Below, piece after piece: positions 1 to 17,792 of a stretch of DNA of 64,000 nt. The notes under the pieces were generated by a model that was not told the origin of the DNA, did not search any database, and saw only the letters and a program-made list of their open reading frames with translations. Source of the stretch: the human T2T-CHM13v2.0 reference genome, Homo sapiens; the NCBI RefSeq assembly GCF_009914755.1, contig NC_060947.1; one strand, given 5' to 3'. A program made the translations under genes and the position numbers. Positions within the stretch are counted from its first letter, which is position 1; every line of letters starts with the position of its first letter.

Positions 1-542
1 AGTACACTTGGAAGAGACCCAGGTGGGCACCAAGAAGGTCAAGTGTGGCATTTAACTTTGATCTTAGGACTTTATAGGCTGACCCACTTCTGGTGTATTG
101 CACCCCTTTCCCATGCTTCTTCCCTTAGTGTGGGCTGCCCACATGCGCAGTGCCCTCCTTACGCTTGGGAGGTGAGCACGCGCAGTGTGTTTAGAAGTTG
201 CATGCATGCCCATCTGAGGGTTTCTTCCCTTTTCCGGTGGAGTGCCCCCAGAAGGTCATACTCCACCATTTTGTCTCTTAATGTACATGCCCAGGCTCAC
301 TCACCCAGTACCTGCGATTTTATTGGAAGCTCTTTTTGCTTCTCCCTGGTGCCTGCATTCAATTAACACTCTAATGTAACAGCTGTGGACCATCAGGAGA
401 TTGTCTCTCCCTGGCACGGTTGCCGAATTATCATTTTTAGAGAGGCAATGTGATAATTGTTGAACCATCACCTGACATTAACTGGTGGGTGGGGGAAGAG
501 CCCTCTCCTGCCCCACTCATATCTGTCTAACTACCTGTAACA
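1..542 (-). mobile_element. ERV1-class LTR, MER50-like (runs off window start)
   Basis: Reverse complement starts TGTTACAGGTAGTTAGACAGATATGAGTGGGGCAGGAGAGGG, resembling the MER50 5' end. Confidence 0.65.
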
Positions 543-2036
543 AATACACATAAGGGAACCCTTGAAACGTTCCAGAAACTCTTGGGGGAAGGATCTTTAA
601 AGAAACCTGTAGTCATGTGTCAAACAGATGGGGGCATGTACAACTTATTTGAGGTATTATTATTTACGTGAAACTCAAAGGCTGGTGAGGCCTGGAGAAA
701 CGGGAATCATGGACAAAGTTCCTAATCCTTCTGGAGCAGCCGAAAATGATCTTACAGTGGAAGTGACCTTTGACTCATGACCTGAGAGAGGGTCCAAAGG
801 ACATTTCAGACTAGAGTAGAGGGTATGCACAAAGACACAGAGGGTCACTATGCTTATTTTTGAAAATTAATTTGCATGGACCAAGTGTTTTTCGTTTTGT
901 GCATAGCTACACGTGTACATATTTAGCAGGAATCCTGGCATTTGACCACAGTAGCCACTGAGAGCAGCTCAACTATTTCTCATAACTGTTAAAATTATTC
1001 AAATATTAGAATTGGAAGGAACCAAAGATGCCATCTATACTCCGCCACCATGAAAGTGCAAGGGATAATTGCAAAGCTATTAGCAACCTCCAAGGCTCAA
1101 TAACCACCTTGCTTTCATACAACATTTGCTTTGTCGTGTAAATTAAGAGGCACTGAATATCACCACAGGATTTGGAAGGCTGAGGGGATGCCAAAAATCT
1201 GGTCAGCAGGTCATAAGTATTTCTTTTGTTAATCTAATAGTCTAGTAATTTGACATACAATGAGGGCAGAAAGTTACCTCTATAATTCCTTGAGGTTCAG
1301 ACAGCATTTATACTCCTGACACTCCATTTGCATGAAGAGAGACAGAAGAAAAGGGTGTTAATGTCTAATTGTTAATGGATCACATAGTTTAACTCTAGCA
1401 TCTAAATGTCATGATAGAGCCTGCAAACTGAACACTGTGAATCTAATTGAAATTATTTTTGTGTCACTTTACAGTGATTGTTTCTTTCACATTGTCTCAA
1501 ATAATGGCTGAATTAATTCTTCAGGAATTATACAGAGCAGAATTCCCTTTATATAGAGAAATAAGATGATCTTGTATTACTGTAGTTAAAAAACAAATAG
1601 CAAGCACTGACTACAGTACCAAATGTCATTTCTTTGAAAACCTGGGCCAACAAAAAGCAACTCTAAAATTCAGTAAACAGATTAAAATGAAAATGTTTCC
1701 ATGACTTTTCTCTTCCAATGCAATTTGACTATGACAGTATTTCAAGGATTATAAACAAAAACCTTGGTAACAGATACAAGAACTTTAAGCATACTTATAT
1801 ATTATGGCACATGCATTATATTTAGCCTTTCCAGTGTGAGATTATCAACAACACATTGTTATCAAAATTACACACCAAAAATGTCCCATGCCAAAGCTAA
1901 AATAGTCATTTCTATTTCGTTTTTAGTAGCTTTAATTTTAAACTATTCTTAGGTTCATAGAGTACTATTACCCAGGTACTCTTCATTATTGTTAGGCATT
2001 ACAAGCAAAAAAAATTTAATATAAAATCTGCATGTT

Positions 2037-2363
<327 letters not shown>

Positions 2364-3284
2364 TTAGCACCATCTACACAAAGAATTGTTGGAGATATAA
2401 AGTCTAAGGCCTTTCTCTTAAAGGACTTGTGGTCTAGTGGACAAGATGAGATATATACACACAAAATGCTCAACATATGATGGTACCTCTGTGTCAAATG
2501 AACGTAACAGACAGTAACAGCTATAGGAATTCAGATGAGGGTCCAAGATTCCTCTGTATAATATGGCTTTGCAGGGCTAGAATTTCTAAAATGCTTTCTT
2601 TATGCTGGACAGTTTAGCTGCAATTAGAGCTGAGATACTATTTGTTAGACAATAGTGTATTGGTTATTGTCTCATAACCCTGGGATGGTTAATTATGTCA
2701 ATTGTAATTTTTTCATATTTTATTAAAATATCTAACCACATGTATTCCAATTATCATATTAAAAATAACACAATAGGAGCAAAGCTTAAATAATTAAAAT
2801 ATCTAAATATCATATAGTCTTAATTTCTTTTTTAAAATTCACTCCCTTTATGACTAAAAACTTGTATCTTCAGTTTCCAGATCCAAGAAGATGTGCTAAT
2901 ACCAATCGCTTTCTGACAATCACTATACCACTAGCATAAAATTTTAAAGTGACCTCAATATAATATAATCTCAGTGGTTTTAATATGGAACCTACTGAAT
3001 ATGCAGTTCCGTACTCATCCCAAACTCTAGATTTTCCCCTTTTTCCCTCTTTAGTAAAATCTATTATATTATGACTGCATGAGATGAGCCATCTCCATGA
3101 GATGGAGAAAGTAGAAAATAAACACGAAAATGAGATTCTTTAGGTCATTTGTAAATGCATCGCTTCATTCAATCTGCCCTCCATTCCATAAGTTGCTTCA
3201 ATAAAGTGATTGTAATCAGTCTTAGGAAGATTAATACAAACAAAACTAACATTTCCCTTCTCTTCTAGTTAATATCTGCAGTCA

Positions 3285-3442
<158 letters not shown>

Positions 3443-4785
3443 ATTTTTTTTAAAAAAGAAGAGACAAAGAAAAATCAGTCATCTTGGAAGGTTCAACAGC
3501 AGCCGACTGTCTTCTAAATATCAAACAGCAACTCTTCTTTCCATATTTCAAAAGATTAATATAGCATTTGAAATTATCTTTTCATTCCATTTTTATTGTA
3601 ATGCTCTAATTTTGTTACTATAGTAACCATTTTTTATTTGAGTGAAGGCTTCATTATCGTCACTTTAATTGTTTTGTTTTCTACTCTAGCTTCAAGTGAG
3701 TTTTAAAAATGGAAAATGGACTTATTTACTATTCTCTAAATATTACAGAACAGAAAGACAATTCAGACAATGATTCTGTATGACTATATTGAAAATATCT
3801 GTTTATATACAAATCATCACTGCCTATTTTAAAATATCAGCCATTGTACTTAAACCAGACCATTGTTCCCTATAATTAAATGTAAGAGTGCTAGTAACTA
3901 ATCTGCAACACACCACTGAAAGGTATACAATATGCAGCTACTTCTGCGATACCTAATTGTTAAAGAAAATTTATTTTTGGTGGAGCCAAGGTGCCCGAAT
4001 AGGAACAGCTCCAGTCTACAGCTCCCAGGGTGAGCGACGCAGAAGACAAATGATTTCTGCATTTCCAACTGAGCAAGCAGCACACCAGGAGATTATGTCC
4101 GTGCCTGGCTAGGAGGGTCCTATGCCCACAGAGACTCGCTCATTGCTAGCACAGCAGTCTGAGATCGAACTGCAAGGTGGCAGTGAGGCTGGGGGCGGGG
4201 CGCCCGCCATTGCTGAGGCTTCAGTAGGTAAACAAAGCGGCCTGGAAGCTCGAACTGGGTGGAGCCCACCGCAGTTCAAGGAGGCCTGCCTGCCTCTGTA
4301 GACTCCACCTCTGGGGGCAGGGCATAGCCAAACAAAAGGCAGCAGAAACCTCTGCAGACTTAAATGTCCCTGTCTGACAGCTTGGAAGAGAGTAGTGGTT
4401 CTCCCAGCATGCAGCTTGAGATCTGAGAACGGACAGACTGCCTCCTCAAGTGGGTCCCAGACCCCCGAGTAGCCTAACTGGGAGGCACCCCCCAGTAGGG
4501 GCAGACTGACACCTCACATGGCCAGGTACTCCTCTGAGACAAAACTTCCAGAGGAACGATTAGGCAACAACATTTGCTGTTCACCAATATCCACTGATCT
4601 GCAGCCTCCGCTGCTGATACCCAGGCAAACAGGGTCTGGAGTGGACCTCCAGCAAACTCCAACAGACCTGCAGCTGAGGGTCCTGACTGTTAGAAGGAAA
4701 ACCAGCAAACAGAAAGGACATCCACACCAAAACCCCATCTGTACGTCATCATCATCAAAGACCAAAGGTAGATAAAACCACAAAG

Positions 4786-5767
4786 ATGGGGAAAAAACAG
4801 AGCAGAAAAACTGAAAATTCTAAAAATCAGAGTGCCTCTCCTCCTCCAAAGGAACGCAGCTCCTCACCAGCAACGGAACAAAGCTGGACAGAGAATGACT
4901 TCAGATGATCAAACTAAGGAGGAAGTTTGAACCCATGGCAAAGAAGTTAAAAACCTTGAAAAAAGCTTAGACGAATGGCTAACTAGAATAACCAATGCAG
5001 AGAAGTCCTTAAAGGACCTGATGGAGCTGAAAACCATGGCACGAGAACTACGTGAAGAATGCACAAGTCTCAGTAGCCGATGCGATCTACTGGAAGAAAG
5101 GGTATCAGCGATGGAAGACGAAATGAATGAAATGAAGCGAGAGGAGAAGTTCAGAGAAAAAAGAATAAAAAGAAATGAACAAAGCCTCCAAGAAATATGG
5201 GACTATGTGAAAAGACCAAATCCACGTCAGATTGGTGTACCTGAAAGTGACGGGGGGAATGGAACCAAGTTGGAAAACACTCTGCAGGATATCATCCAGG
5301 AGAACTTCCTCAATCTAGCAAGGCAGGCCAACATTCAAATTCAAGAAATAAAGAGAATGCCACAAAGATACTCCTCGAGAAGAGCAACTCCAAGACACAC
5401 AATTATCAGATTCACCAAAGTTGAAATGAAGGGAAAAATGTTAAGGGCAGCCAGAGAGAAAGGTCAGGTTACCCACAAAGGGAAGCCCATCAGACTAACA
5501 GCTGATCTCTTGGCAGAAACTCTACAAGCCAGAAGAGAGTGGGGGCCAATATTCAACATTCTTAAAGAAAAGAATTTTTAACCCAGAATTTCATGTCCAG
5601 CCAAACTAAGATTCATAAGTGAAGGAGAAAACAAATCCTTTACAGACAAGCAAATGCTGAGAGATTTTGTCACCACCAGGCCTGCCCTAAAAGAGCTCCT
5701 GAAGGAAGCACTAAACATGGAAAGGAACAACCAGTACCAGCCACTGCAAAAACATGCCAAATTGTAA
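4786..5767 (+). pseudogene. L1 ORF1p (RNA-binding/chaperone), disrupted
   Basis: ATGGGGAAAAAACAG start; fragment 5021-5581 has coiled-coil, IGVPE, REKG and ARR motifs; small deletions near 4900-4915 and premature TAA at 5579-5581. Confidence 0.93.
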
Positions 5768-5830
5768 AGACCATCAAGGCTAGGAAGAAACTGCATCAAC
5801 TAACGAGCAAAAGAATCAGCCAACATCATA

Positions 5831-9659
<3,829 letters not shown>

Positions 9660-10195
9660 ACAATGAGAACACATGGACACAGGAAGGGGAACATCACACA
9701 CCGGGGCCTGTTGTGGGGTTGGGGGAGGGGGGAGGGATAGCATTAGGAGATATACCTAATGTTAAATGACGAGTTAATGGGTGCAGCACACCAACATGGC
9801 ACATGTATACATATGTAACAAACCTGCACATTGTGCACATGTACCCTAAAACTTAAAATATAATAATAAAACAAAGAAAGTTTATTTTTGACTTCGTATT
9901 ATATTGAGAAATGTAAAGATGGTAATCACAATATTTGCATCATTACACAATTTGTATTTTAGGAGCGAGAAACTCATAATAGATTAATCTGATTTTTCAT
10001 GGTATTAATTGAAATAACCAATTAATTTAAGTTGTTTATGTCTGATTAACTTCTTAATAACAACTCCATTCATGGCTCAGTGCTTAACTAGCCAAAATAA
10101 CCAATTTTATTTTGGAAAGGATTAATCAGTAACAAGGAGCACCAAAGCTTCAAGGGCAGTATTATACTGAAAGTGACATTTCCAATCATATAGAG

Positions 10196-10534
10196 CAGGG
10201 GTCTCCATCCTGAGCCGCAGACTGGTACTGGTCAGTAGACTGTTAGGAACCTGCCTGCACAGCAGGAGGTGAGCAGAAGGAGATCGAACATTACCACCAG
10301 AGCTCTGCCTCCTGTCAGATCAGCTGCCACATTACATTCTCATAGGAGCATGAATCCTACTGTGAACCTGCAAAGGATCTAGATTGTGTGCTCCTTGTGA
10401 GAATCTAACTAATGCCTGATGATCTGAGGTGAAAAAGTTTCATCCCGAAACCATCCCTGTCCCCTCACCCCATCAATGGAAAAATTGTCTTCCACGAAAC
10501 CAGTCCCTGGTGCCAAAAAGTTTGGGGACTGCTG
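10196..10534 (+). mobile_element. MER1B (hAT-Charlie non-autonomous DNA transposon)
   Basis: CAGGGGTCTCCA...TGGGGACTGCTG terminal inverted repeats; 8-bp TSD ATATAGAG/TTATAGAG. Confidence 0.9.
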
Positions 10535-10984
10535 TTATAGAGGAAAAACAAATCCACATTCACTAAAGACGCAATTTGGGAATTAATATATCGCCTAATA
10601 TACACTTAAAATTATTCAAGATTAACCAAATGGAAGTATAGAAATGCATTTTAAAAACTAAAAAACACTAAACTTAAAATCACAAGGTCATGCCTCTTTT
10701 AGCATATTCAAATTGAAGTCATCTGAAATCATTGAATATTAACTCATTGTTTTTGCATGTACATAAGTAGCACATTTTATCTAAGAAACTAGACTTTTAA
10801 AAATAAGTAAAGTTATTTCGGTGCCTTCAGAAATGAAAAAGCTAAAATACAAAGCAAAGTCTCTTTACCCATGAACAAGTTGAACAAAGATTTTTATTTA
10901 TTAGCAAAACAAATTACTAATCTTTCTATAAAATAATTATTTGTATTTGTATAATGTTCTATGGCTTATGACTTACACACCCAA

Positions 10985-11158
10985 CATTTTATTTAATCCT
11001 CTCAACAGCCTTGTAAGGTAATCACTATCACCATTTTACAGATTAAAAACAAATTCAAGACTCATTTTGAATACGTGACTTTCTAAGATTATAGTGCTAA
11101 TGAGTGGCAAAGTCTCAAATTCACTCATCTCACTCACAATCCAGTACTTTTCCACTAA
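10985..11158 (-). mobile_element. MIR SINE, degraded
   Basis: TTTAATCCTCTCAACAGCCTTGTAAGGTA...CCATTTTACAGAT MIR core. Confidence 0.55.
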
Positions 11159-12474
11159 ATTCACAATTTAGATTGCTTTCATCATTAAAGAATCATTACT
11201 AGTGTCATCTGAGAAAAAAGACCAATCCTTATGAGTCTAGGCCATATGGGCAGATGAACAATGAAGAAGGAGAAGATATATGAACTTTCAGTTCAGGCTT
11301 ATCAACAAGTAAATTCTATAACTACAGACAGAAGCATTACCCCATGATGAATGCATAGCAATGTCTAGAAAATACTCTCCAAATCTAGATGAATAATCTT
11401 TCAACTGTTTAATAAGGAAATTTCACCTAACAAGATTTTTTCCCTCCATACAAATGGGGTAAAATCCAAACCAATTCAATGCTAAATAAATAGTAAAATT
11501 ATTTTTCTCATCCTTCAATGTAGAAGTTGCTTTTCTTAGGCAAATTCACAGGGACAGTCTACATATTTTAAGAATTCTCATTTAGTGTTACATCGTCTCT
11601 CGCCTTTTCCTTATGGCTGAAACTTTGAGCAAGACCAATAAATCATGACCAAGCTAAAACTGAGCAAGATCCTTAGAAGCAGAATAATCAAGACTTATAC
11701 GCATTTGAGAGACCTGTAAAGTATGAACGAATGTTCTCTGCCCCTTCAATTCTATTCAGTCTGCCTAAAATTATTTAAGACTTGCATTTGACGTAATTCT
11801 TAAGTCTTTAGTGGCTAAGATGTCATAACATTTTTGAGGAAATATGTAAATATTATGTAAATATTGATCTACAACTAAACATGTTTGCAAGAATTATCTC
11901 AATGTCGTTAATATTTTGGTTAAATCAGTGTTCTTTTTTATGCAAACTATAACTTTCACCATTGGCATTGATCTGTATCTCAATATATTCATTTAATATG
12001 GACATTTTATATTTGTAAATTCAAAGTTAAGTATATAATACATATTTGAAGATAGCAGGCCAAAGAGACTATTTTTTTTCTAATTGACATTGAAACAAAT
12101 GATTAGCATGCTGCAGTACTCGTCTAACTCTTTTATATTCATTAATTATTAAGGATTAATTCTGGTGAAAATCCAGAGAATGCTTATGATGATGAATTCT
12201 TAAGATATACGACTGTTGGAGGAGATAAGAAATTTTCATTAATTTATCATGTATTGAAATACACTATAAAGATCTTGACTGCTATAAATGTCTCCTACTT
12301 TTTTCATATAATTACTAAATATTGGTGGAGAATGTACATTAACATTTGCCCATTAAAATCCAATTACAATTTTCTAAACTATTACGATTTATTAACCTTG
12401 TGCAAGGTTATATACAAATTATTCAAATGCTTTTTATTTGTGGAAGTACTTTATATACATTACCTTTTTCACAT

Positions 12475-13050
12475 GCATTGCCTCATCTGATCCTGCCAAA
12501 AATCTTGTGAGAGAGAGCAGTTAGTAAGCCCATTGTAAAGGAAGAGAAGGCAGGCCCATGTGTAGAAACCAAGCTGATTAAGTGCCAACTATATACTAGG
12601 TACAGCCTTAGACTCTTAAAAAAGATAATCAGGGAGCATATAATCTAGCAAGGAAAACAATTAAACAGGTATAAGTATGAACTCTGGTGAGTACTATGAT
12701 AGGACAATCAAGGATGCTATGAGAAGTCATAAAAGGGCAACCTGACTTAGTCTTGGAGGAGGTAGAGAAGCCTCCTTGAAAGAAGAGATATTTAGGATGA
12801 GCAAAATCAGGAAGTTCCTTCAAGACATGCTCAATTTTTTATGCTTTATTGTGAAGGCTATAGGAGTAATGGGAGAAAAACAAGGAAAAATGCTAGAAAC
12901 ACAGGTCCAGGCTAACCTAAGAAAAAAAAAATTGGCATCAGCATTCATTAGTCACTTAATATGGGCCAGGAATTGCAATGAATATATTTCTGCAATCTAT
13001 ATCTTACTTAATCCTCACATCAACCCTAGGAGGTATTGACACTGGTATCA
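12475..13050 (-). mobile_element. Degraded MIR and L2 fragments
   Basis: MIR-like TCATCTGATCCT / TTAATCCTCACATCAACCCTAGGAGGTA and L2-like GGAGCATATAATCTAGCAAGG...GGATGCTATGAGAAG. Confidence 0.4.
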
Positions 13051-13076
13051 AAGTTATTGTTGCTATTATTATTACG

Positions 13077-13120
13077 AGCAGTAGTAGTAGCAGTAGCAGC
13101 AGCAGCAGCAGTAGTAGTAC
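13077..13120. repeat. Compound (AGT)n/(AGC)n microsatellite
   Basis: AGCAGTAGTAGTAGCAGTAGCAGCAGCAGCAGCAGTAGTAGTA. Confidence 0.85.
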
Positions 13121-13612
13121 TAATATTTGACCTAAATGTACAACTAGTTGATGATTACTTAAATACATTATAACAGGTCATTAAACAGCAAACACGGTAA
13201 TACCCGATTTTATAGAAAACTGTAGAAAAACTATGTCAGACAGGATCTGAAAGTCTTACATCCAGGTGTTAACAGCTAACAGTCATTGTTTCTAGGTAGG
13301 GGAGATTATGAACACTCTCTAAGGTCATCTTTTGCTTATTTATATGTGTGTGTATTGTTTTTTAATAAGAAAATATAAAAATAGTAAAATAAAATATTTC
13401 TTGGACACTTAGCTGGATCCAACTTTCCCTTTCACAAAAAGCACAAAAAAGGAATAGTTGAATGAAAACAAATTAGAAATAAAAATTCAATACCTAGAAA
13501 ATATTCTGAAAAAATGGAATATAATGCTTCAAGACGCAAAAAGAGTTTTAAAAGAACTCAAACTCAATGTTGCACCCAAATTGCCAATTCTTTAAAAGCT
13601 AATGATTTTAGT

Positions 13613-14009
13613 TGTTATGGACTGAATTGTGTGGCCCACCCCAACCCCCCCACCCCCGATCACTTCCCAAAAATTCATAGGTTGAGGCTCTAACCCCCAT
13701 GTGACTGTATTTGGAGATAGGGCCTTTAAGGAGGTAATTAAGCTAATTGAGGTCATAAAGGGGGGGCCCTAATCCAATAGGACTGGTGTCCTTATAAGAA
13801 AAGTCCTTGCACACAGAGAAAAGGCCATATTAGGACATATAAAGAAGACAGCCATCTGCAAGCAAGGCAAGAGACCTTAGGAGAAACAAAACCTGCTGGC
13901 ACCTTGATCTTGGACGTCCAGCCTCCAGAACTGTAAGAAAATACATTTCTGTTGTTTAAGCCACTCAGTCTATGGTACTTGGGTATGGCTGCCTGAGAAG
14001 ACTAATATA
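13613..14009 (+). mobile_element. MaLR solo LTR (MLT1A/B-like)
   Basis: TGTTATGGACTGAATTGTGT start, GACTAATATA end, typical MLT1 internal motifs. Confidence 0.88.
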
Positions 14010-14628
14010 TTTAGATAGTTTATGTTTGACCAAATCATCAAATTGACCCATTTGTTTTCAGGAAAAGAAAACCTGCTTTAGCTTTATGGAATGTTTTGCT
14101 TATTTGTTTTCTTTGGGTTTTATATTTTCTAGTGAGAGGAGGGAAGATACTCTGCCTTAAATGGTAGCAGAGTGTGGTTGTGGTCCCACTGGAGCAGATG
14201 TGGAAACAAAGGGAAATGTGATGATTACTTTTATATGTCAACTTAACTGGGTCACAAGGTGCCCATAAATTTGATTAAACATTATTCTAGGTGTGTCTAT
14301 GTGGGTGTTTCTGGATAAGATTAACATTAACATCTCTTCCTGACTGTCTTTCAGCTGAGACATCAATCTTCTGCATTTGAACTCAGACTCAGACTGAGAC
14401 TTACAACATTGGCTCTCCTGGTTCTCAGGCCTTCAGACTCAGACTGAAACTTGCACTTATCTCCTCTAAGATGAATGAGTTCTTGCATCTGGCCCTTCTT
14501 ACAACAACAACAAAAAAAAAGAGACACAATACCTAGTAGGCCTTTTTCAGTTTTGGAGGCAACATAGTCTTCATTTGGAGGCATTACTCCGTCCCACTTA
14601 CCAGCTAATCCAAAAAGCTTCTAGTTTT

Positions 14629-14941
14629 TTTTCTTTTTCTTTCTTTGTTTTGAGGCAAGGTCTCACTCTGTTGCCCATGCTGGAGTACAATAGCGCAATC
14701 ATGGCTCATTGCAGCCTCAACCTTCCAGGCTCAAGTGATCCTCCTACCTCAGTCTCCTGAGTAGCTAGAACCACAGGTGGGTGCCACCAAGCCTGGATTT
14801 TTTTTTTTTTTTTTTTTTTGCCTGTAGATATGGGGTCTCCCTATGTTGCCCAGGCTGGTCTCAAACTCCTGGACTCAAGAGACCTCCCACCTCAGCCTCC
14901 CAAAGTCCTGGGATTACAGATGTGAGCCACTGTGCCCACCC
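14629..14941 (-). mobile_element. AluJ inserted in ERV-L pol
   Basis: Full Alu; TSD AGCT(T/G)CTAGTTTT at 14616-14628 and 14942-14954. Confidence 0.92.
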
Positions 14942-16670
14942 AGCTGCTAGTTTTGAGTGTGACCCAAAATAAGAGAAGGCTCTGCAAGAGATCCAGTCTG
15001 ACATGCATCTACTCTGTCACTTGGTCCATAGGATTCAGCAGATCCAGTGCTGCTTACGGTGTCAGTTTTCAATTAGGGTGCTGTTTGGAGCCTTTGACAG
15101 GCCTAGGTGAGTCACAGCCCAGGTCCATAGGATTTTGGAGCAAAGCCCTGCCATTATCTACAGATAACTACTCTCTTTTTAAGAAATAGTTCTTGGCCTG
15201 TTACTGAACCTTAGTAGAAACTGAATGTTTAACCATGGATCACCAAGTTACCAGGTAACCTGAGCTGCCCATCATGAACTGGGTGTTATCTGACCCACCA
15301 AGCCATAAGGTTGGGCATGCATAGCAGCACTCCATCATTGAATGGAAGCAATATATACATGACTTGTCCCAAGCAGGCCCTGAAGGCACAAGTAAGCTAC
15401 ATGAAATGCCTGTGGTCCCCACAGCTGCTACGCTGCCTTCTTTCTCCCAGTCTCACCTGTGGCCTTATGGGGAGTTCCCTACAATCAATTGACAGAGAAA
15501 CAGAAGATTTGGGCCTGGTTCCGCACAATATACTTGAAAGTAGACAGCAATAGCACTTCAGCCCCTTTCTGAGACATTCCTGGAGGACATTGGTGAATAG
15601 AAATCTTCCCAGTGACCAGAATTTTGAGCAGTGCACATGGTTGCTCACTCTGCTAGGAAGGAGAAATGACCAGATGTGCAATAATATGCCAATATATGGG
15701 CTATTGGCAATGGTTTGCCTGGATGGTAAGGGATTGGAAGGAACATGATTGGAAAATTGTTGGCAAGGGAATGTGGGGAAGAAGTACATGGATAGACCTA
15801 TCTGAATGGGCAAAAATTGTGAAGATGTTTGTGTCCTATGTGAATGCTCACCAAAGGTTGACCTCAGCAGAGGAAGATTTTAATCAAGTGCATAGGATGA
15901 TCTATTCCATAGAGATCAGTGAGCCTCTTTCCTCAGTCACCCCATCATTGCCCAATGGGCTCATGAACAAAGTGGCCAGGGTGGCAAGAAAGAAGGCTAT
16001 GAATGGGCTCAGCAACATGGACTTCCACTCAACAAGGTCAACCTAGCTATGACCACTGCTATGTGCCCGATATTCCAGTAGCAGAGACCAACACTGAGCT
16101 CCCAATATGGCACCATTCCCGAGGCTAATCAGCCAGCTACCTGATGGCAGGTTGATTACATTGGCGTGCTTTCATCATGAAAAGGTCAGTGATTGCTCTT
16201 ACTGGAACAGACACTCTGGGTACAAATTTGCCTTCTCTGCATGCAATGCTTCTGCCAAAACTACCATCCATGGATTTATAGAATCCCGTATTCACACAGT
16301 ATTGCTTCTGCTAATCAAGGAATTCACTTCACAGCAATGGAGCTATGCTCATGAAATTCACTGGTCTTACCATGTTCCCCACCATCCTGAAGCAGCTTGT
16401 TGGATAAAACAGTGGAATAGTCTTTTAAAGGTTGCTATAGCAGGGCCAGAGCAGCATTCCTCCAGACGGCTGTATATGTTCTGAACCAGCATTCAATATA
16501 TGATGCTGTTTCTCCTTATAGCTAGGATTCATGAGTCCAGGAATCAAGTGATGGAAATAGGAATGTCACCACCCACTATTATCCCTAGTGACCTACTAGC
16601 AAAATTTTTACTTCCTGTTCCCATGACCTTATGTTTTGCTGGCTTAGAGGTCTTAGTTCCAAAGAGAGAA

Positions 16671-17170
16671 ATGCTTCCACCAGGAGACAAAATAATAATT
16701 CCATTGAACTGCAAGTTAACACTGCCACCCAGCCACTTTGTATTCCTCAAGCCTCTCACTCAACAGGCAAGGAAAGGAGTGACTATGCTGGCTGGGATGA
16801 TTGATCCTGATTACCAAGGTGAAATTGGAGTACTACACCACAGTGGAGGTAAGGAAGAGCATGTGTGGAATACAGGAGATCCCTTAAGGCAGGGATGTCC
16901 AATCTTTTGGCTTTTTAGGGCCACACTGGAAGAAGAATTGTCTTGGGCCACACATAAAATATGCTAACACTAATGATAGCTGATGCGCTAAAAAAAAATC
17001 GCCAAAAAATCTCATAATGTTTTACAAAACTTTATGAATTTGTGTGGGGCCACATTCAAAGCCATCCTGAGCTGCATGCGGCCCATGGGCCACGGGTTGG
17101 ACAAGTTTGCCGCAGGGCATCTCTTTAGTATTACTGTGCCCCATTATTAAGGTAAATGAGAAGCTGCAAC
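16671..17170 (+). pseudogene. ERV-L dUTPase remnant, interrupted by MER30
   Basis: ORF 16500-16967 contains LPPGD..IPLNCKLTLPP and GMIDPDYQGEI (dUTPase motif 3); located after integrase as in ERV-L. Confidence 0.82.
16890..17109 (+). mobile_element. MER30 (hAT-Charlie DNA transposon)
   Basis: CAGGGATGTCCAATCTTTTGGC...GGGTTGGACAAGTTTG; degenerate 8-bp TSD CCTTAAGG/CCGCAGGG. Confidence 0.88.
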
Positions 17171-17504
17171 AACACAATGCAGGCAGGACAAAAAGTGGCC
17201 CAGACCCTTCAGGAATGAAGGTTTGGGTCACTCCACCAGGCAAACAACCATAACCAGCTGAGGTGGTTGCTGAAGGCAAAGGGAATACAGAATGGGTAGT
17301 GGAAGAAAGTAGTTATAAATACCAGCTACAGCCACATGACCAGTTACAGAAACAAAGACTGTAATTGTCATGAGTATTTCTCTTTATTTTATGAATATAT
17401 TTGTGTGTGTATGCAAAATATCTTTTTCTTCCCTCTCTTATTCCCCTATCATGTCACATATTAACTATATATCATAGCATTTAAGTACTATATTGTTCAT
17501 TTGT

Positions 17505-17792
<288 letters not shown>

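Noticed and set aside
9712-9738. G-quadruplex-forming tract
   Set aside because: Standard L1PA 3' UTR feature, also at ~44817-44838
16500-16967. Possible domesticated dUTPase gene
   Set aside because: Interrupted by MER30 before the last motifs; neighbouring pol is frameshifted
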